Shown: positions 53,078-57,960 of the stretch, piece by piece
How positions within the stretch are numbered: position 1 is the stretch's first letter
How the letters are laid out: each line of letters starts with the position of its first letter
NCBI GenBank assembly: GCA_035637435.1
Contig: DASPXD010000166.1
Span: forward strand, 1 to 57,960
Source of the DNA: Gemmatimonadales bacterium
GTDB taxonomy: Bacteria; Gemmatimonadota; Gemmatimonadetes; Gemmatimonadales; GWC2-71-9
DNA length: 57,960 nucleotides
Reading direction: 5' to 3'
The notes under the pieces: model-generated
The model's database searches: none
What the model was told of the DNA's origin: nothing
What the model saw: only the letters and a program-made list of their open reading frames with translations
Made by a program: the position numbers and the translations under genes

Positions 53078-53277
53078 GTCTAACGAGGTGCGCCTAGGCT
53101 GCGGCGCCTAACGTCAGAGAGTTCCAGGAGCGACTCGCGGTCACGCATCAAGTCGCCGGGCCCAATCAAGGTGACTCCCTCGGCAACGAGCCACTCATAG
53201 ATCCGACGCCGGGCCGGGGCATGGTGAACCCGGATGGGTACACCGTGTGACGCGGCCACTCCGCGCGCCCTTAGGCA
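53078..53277 (-). repeat. Composite or over-long attC-like region (R''-like GCCTAAG at 53277-53271; R' GTTAGAC at 53084-53078; internal GTTAGGC at 53112-53106)
   Basis: Gene sense 5' end: GCCTAAG-G-GCGCGC.... 3' end: ...GCCGCAGCCTAGGCGC-ACCTC-GTTAGAC. This has the same box architecture as the better copies, but the boxes are about 200 nt apart. Confidence 0.3.
53080..53259 (-). CDS. Possible 59-aa ORF (below the ORF-track cutoff), function unknown
   Basis: GTG 53259 to TAG 53080: VAASHGVPIRVHHAPARRRIYEWLVAEGVTLIGPGDLMRDRESLLELSDVRRRSLGAPR. The layout loosely resembles a Cys-less glutaredoxin/ArsC-like beta-alpha-beta N-terminus. Its C-terminus reads through repeat sequence and there is no good RBS. 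Confidence 0.25.
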   Translation of the reverse strand: MAASHGVPIRVHHAPARRRIYEWLVAEGVTLIGPGDLMRDRESLLELSDVRRRSLGAPR

Positions 53278-53591
53278 GCGCTCACAGCCGGACCAGGTAT
53301 GATCACCCCGCGAGGCATCGGGTGAATCTCGACTCGGAACCCCGCTCCCGCTTTTACCGTTGGATCATCGGCCGCAAAGGAGCGCACCGCCGCGTCGTCT
53401 GCAAACTGGACGATGCCGATCCCGTAAGCACCCGCAGGATCCCCGACGGGCCCAAATGCGACCACGTTCCCCTTGCTCATCCAATCTCTCCAGTACGCTG
53501 CATGATCGTGCATGAGCCTCGCCTCAGCCTGCGACATATCCTGTGGGAAGGTTGGACGCGGCGGAATGAGCTTGCAGAAGAATGTTTTCAT
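53271..53591 (-). CDS. YciI-family protein
   Basis: MKTFFCKLIPPRPTF...MHDHAAYWRDWMSKGNVVAFGPVGDP...DDPTVKAG follows the YCII/DGPF-like pattern. The stop TAA lies inside a GCCTAAG box. Confidence 0.72.
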   Translation of the reverse strand: MKTFFCKLIPPRPTFPQDMSQAEARLMHDHAAYWRDWMSKGNVVAFGPVGDPAGAYGIGIVQFADDAAVRSFAADDPTVKAGAGFRVEIHPMPRGVIIPGPAVSAA

Positions 53592-53606
53592 GGAGGTGTT
53601 GTTGTG

Positions 53607-53721
53607 TGTTAACTGCGGCGCGAGCTCAAAGTGTTCACAAACGGAAGATTACTACAGAAAGACGGCGCCGTCAGCTTCAAGCGCGTGTCAGGCCCTGAAG
53701 GTGTGGTGCCGCTTGTTAGGC
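53607..53721 (-). repeat. attC-like site (115 nt) downstream of the DinB ORF
   Basis: Gene sense: GCCTAACAAGCGG...GCCTGACACGCGCTTGAAGCTGACGGCGCC...GAGCTCGCGCCGCAGTTAACA. The DinB stop TAA lies inside the GCCTAAC box. The arms pair as TT[G]AA[G]CTG[A]CGGCGC / GCGCCGCAGTTAA, with unpaired bases on the 5' arm. The 3' core box is non-canonical (GTTAACA). Confidence 0.5.
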
Positions 53722-54228
53722 AGACCTCGCTTGGACTTCTTCCGAGGTCATGCCATAGAGCGGGGGCGTGGGGACGTTCAGAAGGCCGAGCATCAGATAG
53801 ATCTGGCCACGGTGGTGGGCTTCGTGCTCGACCATGGCCCGCAACCACTTCCAGGTGGTGATCGGGGTGCCGGCTGGGGTGAGGCATTTCCGTTCAAGGT
53901 CCGCGTCCGTCAGCGTCCCGAAAATCGCCAGCGATTCAAGCCCCAGACGATCTAGGAAAGCCACAACCGCCTCGAAGCCCTCCGCCAGGTGGCGGCCGCA
54001 TCCCGCGTACCGGCTGGGGCGTCCCGCCACGGTCTCTGCGTACATGTAGCGCTCGATGGTAGCGAGATGCCGCACGAGGTCGCCGAAGGTGAACTTGCCA
54101 GGATGCGGGCTCCACTCGATTTGGTCCGGAGGAATACAAGCCACGACGCGGCGCGTACGGGCGCGGATGGTTCGCCAATAGTCGAGGAAAGATCCGATCG
54201 AGCGAATTTCCATTGGTTCAGTGCTCAT
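53716..54228 (-). CDS. DinB-family (DinB_2 / metal-dependent four-helix bundle) protein
   Basis: FGDLVRHLATIERYM...MVEHEAHHRGQIYLMLGLL shows the His triad pattern. Confidence 0.8.
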   Translation of the reverse strand: MSTEPMEIRSIGSFLDYWRTIRARTRRVVACIPPDQIEWSPHPGKFTFGDLVRHLATIERYMYAETVAGRPSRYAGCGRHLAEGFEAVVAFLDRLGLESLAIFGTLTDADLERKCLTPAGTPITTWKWLRAMVEHEAHHRGQIYLMLGLLNVPTPPLYGMTSEEVQARSA

Positions 54229-54311
54229 TGTGAACCATACAGCCGATTAGGCGACCGTCCTGCCGCATCGGTCGGTCCATGATAAGTCCGAGACCCTTTA
54301 CCCGACCATCC

Positions 54312-55559
54312 TCAGTCGGGCGCGTGCCAATAGAACGACTGGCGCGCACGGAACAGCGTCTCACCGCGCGTATTGGTGAGCGTGACCAAGGCGTCCAGAA
54401 CCGGCGCGTCGAGGCGGCTCGTGACCGAGCGTGACGGGAATTGGCCCTCGATCGTGACGACGATGCCGACGCGCTCGAACTCGCAGCGCAGGTGTACCGC
54501 AGCCGGGCTAATCCGTGCATCTGCACACCCCACTTCATCCCGTGTCCCGATCCGCGAGAACGTGACAAAGGGCTGCGGACGCAGCGTCAGGCGGGTGAAG
54601 CGCCGATCGGAGACCGTGAACTTGTAGCTCGGCTCGTAGTACCCCTCGGCTTCCGACTGGAGGGGCCGAGGCGGTGGCGGTGGGGGCTCTGGCGGCGGTG
54701 ACTCGGTCGGTTGGGTGACCACAGTCGCTGGGGCCGGGAGGCGCATAATCACGAACGCCGCGGCGCCCACGAGCGCCAGGAGTCCGGCTCCAACGATGAC
54801 TGTGCGGCGACGTCCACGTATAGTCACCCACACGCGTTGTAACATTTCTCTGAGATGTCGCAGGATCGCCTGAAGGCGTTGCACGACGGCGAGCCTCGGC
54901 GCGACCTCATGCGTCGGAGCCATGTCCGCCGATGGCGCGACAGGGCTTGGGCCTGGTGAAAAGTCGGGCGGCGGAGGTACGACCCGCCGCGGTGGAACCG
55001 GGGGAGGCGGATGCGGAACGACACCGCGAGGAGGAACGACAGCACGGGCCGTGGGGGCAGCCGGGCGTGGAGCGGCCGCTGCGTGAGGCCTGACGAGTCT
55101 GACGTACCCCGGTTTCCGGGTGAGGCGGGACCAGACAGCGAGCAGCAGCGCCGCGCCCAACGCCCCGGCGGCGTCCGGTACGAGATCCCGCAGGCGGCAA
55201 TGTCCCCGCCCCGTCATGGTCATGCCCTCGGCGATCTCGACGAGGGCTCCCACGAGCAGCGTGGCGAGGAGCGCCCAGACGGGGCGCGCGTCAGACCTCC
55301 CGAACTGCACCCACGACATCCAGTAGAAGCCGGCGAACAGCGCGATGTACGCGTAGTTGTGCAGCGAGAGGACGAGCACCTGCATCGTGGGAAGGAGCTG
55401 CTCGCACTTCGGGACATGCACGTGGAAGTGGGTTTGCGCGGGAAAGTAGAGGAGCCCGAGCACCACGAATGCGGCATAGGCCCAGCGCTTGCCGCGCAGG
55501 GCGAGAAGAACGAGGAGAGCGAGGACGCCCGCACCGACGCGAACGGCGAGAGGTGACAT
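54312..55559 (-). CDS. Membrane protein: N-terminal multi-TM region (tentatively VanZ-like), Pro-rich linker, second TM and a C-terminal domain of unknown function
   Basis: LALLVLLAL..., HNYAYIALFAGFYWMSW, LLATLLVGALVEIAEG, RDLVPDAAGALGAALLLAVW. A linker follows (AAPRPAAPTARAVVPPRGVVPHPPPPVPPRRVVPPPP), then the TM VIVGAGLLALVGAAAFVI. The VanZ assignment is a weak pattern match. Confidence 0.6.
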   Translation of the reverse strand: MSPLAVRVGAGVLALLVLLALRGKRWAYAAFVVLGLLYFPAQTHFHVHVPKCEQLLPTMQVLVLSLHNYAYIALFAGFYWMSWVQFGRSDARPVWALLATLLVGALVEIAEGMTMTGRGHCRLRDLVPDAAGALGAALLLAVWSRLTRKPGYVRLVRPHAAAAPRPAAPTARAVVPPRGVVPHPPPPVPPRRVVPPPPDFSPGPSPVAPSADMAPTHEVAPRLAVVQRLQAILRHLREMLQRVWVTIRGRRRTVIVGAGLLALVGAAAFVIMRLPAPATVVTQPTESPPPEPPPPPPRPLQSEAEGYYEPSYKFTVSDRRFTRLTLRPQPFVTFSRIGTRDEVGCADARISPAAVHLRCEFERVGIVVTIEGQFPSRSVTSRLDAPVLDALVTLTNTRGETLFRARQSFYWHAPD

Positions 55560-55571
55560 GTGCCGAGACGC

Positions 55572-55681
55572 TGCCTGACGACGTTGGCCTAAGCTAAGGG
55601 GTCACGCCTCGCCAGCCAACCGTTCGGCAGCTTCAGGTGCGTGTAGGGAGGAATGTCATGCGAAATGAGGCGCGTGTTAGG
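55572..55681 (-). repeat. Degenerate attC-like site forming an apparently ORF-less cassette
   Basis: Gene sense: GCCTAACACGCGCCTCA...CACCTGAAGCTGCCGAACGG...CTTAGCTTAGGCCAACGTC-GTCAGGC. The 5' box is canonical. The 3' box is GTCAGGC (T to C), with an alternative CTTAGGC 14 nt earlier. Confidence 0.4.
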
Positions 55682-55742
55682 CGGCGCGCCCTTCCTTTTA
55701 GACGCTCGAGGGAGCCAAAACGTACACAATGAGAATCGGGCT

Positions 55743-55806
55743 GCCTAACGGATCGCGCGTAAGCTGCGGCGCGCTGAAGAAAAAGGGCGTCAAGCGCTTG
55801 TTAGGC
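55743..55806 (-). repeat. attC-like site (64 nt)
   Basis: Gene sense: GCCTAAC-AA-GCGCTTGACGCCCTTTTTCTTCAGCGCGCCGCAGCTTAC-GCGC-GATCC-GTTAGGC. The terminal boxes are perfectly complementary. The stop TGA of the 55790-56224 ORF lies inside the element. Confidence 0.65.
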
Positions 55807-56224
55807 GCCGGCACAACGCGCTCGTCGATTGCGCGCCAAGACTACCCTTGGAATACGCGCGCCACTTCGTGTCCGTGCCGTCCAGCTGTCCCGTGCTCGA
55901 CGTCGTGCTGTCGCCCGGAAGGAGCAGCGTTTTCCTGGTGTCGAAAGCATTCAGCACACGTTGACGTAGACCTCGACAGTCGACTTCAACTTGTTCCACA
56001 CGGTACTCGGCTCTAAACTCGGGCCCGTGCCGATCAAAATCCCAACGCAACCAGACTACAAAGGAGCCATCCCGGCGTCCGACCGCGGCGGTGTCCAAAT
56101 CGACCGTCTCGCCTTCAGTGGTGAGCAGCCGCACCCAGTGGCGAGATGTGGCGACCTGGCAGGGAGCCATCGATGGAGCAAGGATAGAAGTGAGCAGAAC
56201 AACCAGGCTTACCTCAGTTTTCAT
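55790..56224 (-). CDS. Small secreted protein, function unknown
   Basis: Signal MKTEVSLVVLLTSILAPSMAPCQ. The layout resembles surface-adhesin-E-like small proteins, which is a weak guess. The last residues (RRLTSA) are encoded by the attC-like element. Confidence 0.55.
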   Translation of the reverse strand: MKTEVSLVVLLTSILAPSMAPCQVATSRHWVRLLTTEGETVDLDTAAVGRRDGSFVVWLRWDFDRHGPEFRAEYRVEQVEVDCRGLRQRVLNAFDTRKTLLLPGDSTTSSTGQLDGTDTKWRAYSKGSLGAQSTSALCRRLTSA

Positions 56225-56252
56225 GTGCCACCCGGATGATGTTTACAGCGCG

Positions 56253-56341
56253 GTCCAACGGATCGCGCTTAAGCCGCGGCGCGCTGGTGAACGATTCATT
56301 CCTTAATGTAGCGCGCCAGCAGCTTCAAGCGCTTGTTAGGC
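56253..56341 (-). repeat. attC-like site (89 nt), best-formed copy
   Basis: Gene sense: GCCTAAC-AA-GCGCTT[G]AAGCTGC[T]GGCGCGCT-ACATTAAGGAATGAATCGTTCACC-AGCGCGCCGCGGCTTAAGCGC-GATCC-GTTGGAC. It has a long imperfect stem with two unpaired bases (G and T) on the 5' arm. It starts 9 nt after the stop at 56351 and ends 28 nt before ATG 56224. Confidence 0.7.
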
Positions 56342-56350
56342 CGCCGGCCC

Positions 56351-57082
56351 TCATTGAGTCGGGTAGACCGCTGCAACTCGGCCCAAGGTATCAAGAAACG
56401 TCAGCTGCGAAGTGCCGAGCGTATCTACTGATAATCTGATCCTGACCTTGCCCTTGTCATCTCGTAACTCGAGCGCGACGATGCCGTTCGAACTACCGAG
56501 AAACGCACGCAAGTGCCCTGACGCAGCGACATCCTGTCGAATGTATTCCCGACGCAAGGAGTCACGCGTCGGACCTGGCGGAGTCGCCCCCACTTGCTGC
56601 CCCAAGACCGCGAGCGCCTCAGCATCTGCCGCTGTCCCGGTGGGGCGATCCCAAATCCGCAGTCCCGCTGACCTCCGCGTGCCGTCATCCAGATACTGCA
56701 GCGCCACGACTTGATTCTGTTTCCATTGATCGAAAGAGAGATGGCCGAACGCTGTGCTCGTATCTCGTGGCCCGCCTGAGCTACCTCGATAGATGAGACC
56801 ACCCACCTCGTCGCCCGCCTGGTTGTAGAAAAGCATTCCGGCGCTGCCCGCGCGCCCACGCGTTTTAGGGTATTCCCTACCAGCCACCGTGATTCCGGGA
56901 AGACGCGACCCGTTCGCCAGCACGAGCGCGAGGTGCCCAGCCGAATCCACAATGTTCAGCCGTTCGACGGACAGAACCGTTGGCTGCTGGGGTCTGAAAC
57001 CACTCAGCAGGAGCGTGGCAAGAGCGAAGAACATGACCAGGTTGGTGGCGAAGCTCCATTTGATGATTGTGTGACTGGGCAT
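56351..57082 (-). CDS. N-terminally membrane-anchored protein, function unknown
   Basis: TM FATNLVMFFALATLLLSGF, then internally similar segments (LNIVDSAGHLALVLANGS... / GIVALELRDDKGKVRIRLSVD...). No family was recognised. Confidence 0.55.
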   Translation of the reverse strand: MPSHTIIKWSFATNLVMFFALATLLLSGFRPQQPTVLSVERLNIVDSAGHLALVLANGSRLPGITVAGREYPKTRGRAGSAGMLFYNQAGDEVGGLIYRGSSGGPRDTSTAFGHLSFDQWKQNQVVALQYLDDGTRRSAGLRIWDRPTGTAADAEALAVLGQQVGATPPGPTRDSLRREYIRQDVAASGHLRAFLGSSNGIVALELRDDKGKVRIRLSVDTLGTSQLTFLDTLGRVAAVYPTQ

Positions 57083-57223
57083 TTTGGCCGACCTCCAAGA
57101 ACACGGGAGTGTCTCGCATTCGTCTAAAGGCGATATGTTCGCCGGAACGATGGGTGATATTCGGAGGTTTCAGAGGCTGCCATGTTGTTGCAGACGCGCG
57201 ACACTCTTCACGAAGGACCGGAT

Positions 57224-57745
57224 CTACACAGCGCCCTGCGATGCCTCACGAAGCGCGAAAACGAGCTTCGGAACCGGCAGTTCAGCGTCTAGACGCAGGA
57301 TTCGACTGGACCGCTGAGACAGCCAGCGCTCGTGCAGCGCCCGGCTGCGACCTGTAAAGTCCGGGTCATCGTAACGCTCTGCCCACACTATGAACGCGGG
57401 ATTGACTGAGCCAAAGCGAGCCATGTCGCGGGCACGAAGCCGACCAATGCGCACCGGCGTTGGCGCGGTGAGAAAGACGATCAGATCCCATCCGTCTTCG
57501 ACCTGGCGACCCCATTCAACCAGCGAGCCGGAAACCACGACGTCGGTGCTTTCGCGGATCCCGTCAACCAGCAACGCGAGCCGCTCCGCCTTAGGGCGTT
57601 TTAATTGGAAGGGGGGCGATGTTGGGAGCCAATAGAAATCGTCGAGATCGAGCCATTGGGCGCCCGTGGCCTCAGCAAAGGCTTTGCCAAGCGTGGAAGT
57701 ACCGGTGCCCGATGCGCCGGTGATATGAACACGCAGGACCGTCAA
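57224..57745 (-). CDS. P-loop NTPase, adenylate-kinase/topology-modulation-like, with atypical Walker A
   Basis: TVLRVHITGASGTGTSTLGKAFAE...WLDLDDFYW.... The Walker-A position normally occupied by GK[ST] reads GTST. The start is set at TTG 57745, 16 nt after the attC-like core box. The ORF-track start at 57817 would read through that element. Confidence 0.65.
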   Translation of the reverse strand: MTVLRVHITGASGTGTSTLGKAFAEATGAQWLDLDDFYWLPTSPPFQLKRPKAERLALLVDGIRESTDVVVSGSLVEWGRQVEDGWDLIVFLTAPTPVRIGRLRARDMARFGSVNPAFIVWAERYDDPDFTGRSRALHERWLSQRSSRILRLDAELPVPKLVFALREASQGAV

Positions 57746-57760
57746 ACCTCGCGAGACGCT

Positions 57761-57862
57761 GCCTAACGGCCACCAACTCACCGACCCTTCCCCCAAATGA
57801 GAAGCACGTACCGACAATTCACCAGATTCGATGACATCTGCGTGGGTGGAATCCAGTTAAGC
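57761..57862 (-). repeat. attC-like site (102 nt)
   Basis: Gene sense: GCTTAAC-TGGATT-CCACCC...GGTGG-CC-GTTAGGC. The boxes fit RYYYAAC / GTTRRRY and the inner arms pair CCACC/GGTGG. The spacer asymmetry is opposite to the other copies, so the orientation is uncertain. Confidence 0.45.
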
Positions 57863-57960
57863 CCAACAAGACTGTCGCCGTGCGTGCGGGCGTCGCTGAG
57901 TTTAGCATGACATTCCTGCACGGCCTGCTGTTGGATCTCTCGATAATGGCGCCACTGCAC
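57778..57960 (-). CDS. C-terminal fragment of an unidentified ORF entering from the right edge
   Basis: The open frame ...QWRHYREIQQQAVQECHAKLSDARTHGDSLVGLNWIPP... continues about 28 codons into the attC-like element before its TGA. The leading codon at the window edge is not a verified start. An alternative frame stops at the TAA near 57909. Confidence 0.3.
   Translation of the reverse strand: MQWRHYREIQQQAVQECHAKLSDARTHGDSLVGLNWIPPTQMSSNLVNCRYVLLIWGKGR

Larger units (their letters stand above)
52741..57960 (-). mobile_element. Integron-type gene-cassette array (attC-like sites between short unrelated ORFs; no integrase in window)
   Basis: See the individual attC-like features and finding 1. 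The elements are bounded by RYYYAAC ... GTTRRRY and placed stop-proximal in a uniform orientation. The array runs to the right edge of the window. Confidence 0.6.

Noticed and set aside
53512-53955. ORF-track entries 53512-53955 (+), 53609-53887 (-) and 53631-53861 (+), which span the DinB/YciI spacer.
   Set aside because: They run through the attC-like element, where for example ...PDTRLKLTAPSF... is simply the repeat translated. They also overlap the well-supported DinB gene in other frames.
54218-54568. 116-aa minus-strand ORF overlapping the VanZ-like gene's 3' end and the DinB start.
   Set aside because: Its composition is Arg/Ser/Ala-rich. It overlaps two better-supported genes out of frame and has no recognisable domain.
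57100-57205. Inverted repeat GAGTGTCGCGC / GCGAGACACTC between the P-loop NTPase gene and the 56351-57082 gene, considered as another attC.
   Set aside because: There are no RYYYAAC/GTTRRRY boxes at its ends, and it shows no similarity to the other copies. I kept it only as a possible decayed site or ordinary hairpin.

Overview
This is a high-GC bacterial chromosomal segment. A T9SS-type sorting domain and the gene content suggest a Gemmatimonadota/FCB-like organism, but that is only an inference.

Positions 1-49106 form one unbroken run of about 56 minus-strand genes, many with 4-nt ATGA/GTGA stop-start overlaps. In order from the left edge they are:
- clpB (partial, missing from the ORF track)
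- a small T9SS-CTD protein, selB and recO
- a cobalamin-riboswitch-controlled B12/siderophore-type uptake operon: 2 binding proteins, a permease, an ATPase and a TonB-dependent receptor
- a bifunctional nuclease, then ahcY-metK
- a complete mannose-family PTS with ptsH/ptsI, hprK and hpf
- a glycosyltransferase, then nusB-ribH-ribBA-ribE-ribD
- purM, a PfkB kinase and argS
- a block of small membrane proteins that includes a membrane-anchored PD-(D/E)xK nuclease
- a Tat-exported GMC-oxidoreductase/TIM-barrel cluster
- a methylmalonyl-CoA-mutase catalytic subunit, fbp, comEC, comFB, miaB, mtaB, cdd, deoB and alr

mazG (49101-49871) is the only plus-strand gene.

The right end (about 52.7-57.96 kb) differs in character. 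It holds short, unrelated minus-strand ORFs separated by imperfect hairpin elements bounded by RYYYAAC...GTTRRRY boxes. I interpret this as an integron-type gene-cassette array with attC sites and no integrase in the window. This is the most interesting signal here.

Other unexplained structure:
- inverted arrays of phased 8-10-nt tandem repeats, at 1688-1810 and 32075-32205
- a perfect 32-nt palindrome inside the mtaB coding sequence
- G-tract microsatellites of the GGGACGG type recurring inside several genes

I found no rRNA, tRNA or CRISPR features. Many long plus-strand ORFs in the track are antisense shadows typical of high-GC DNA.
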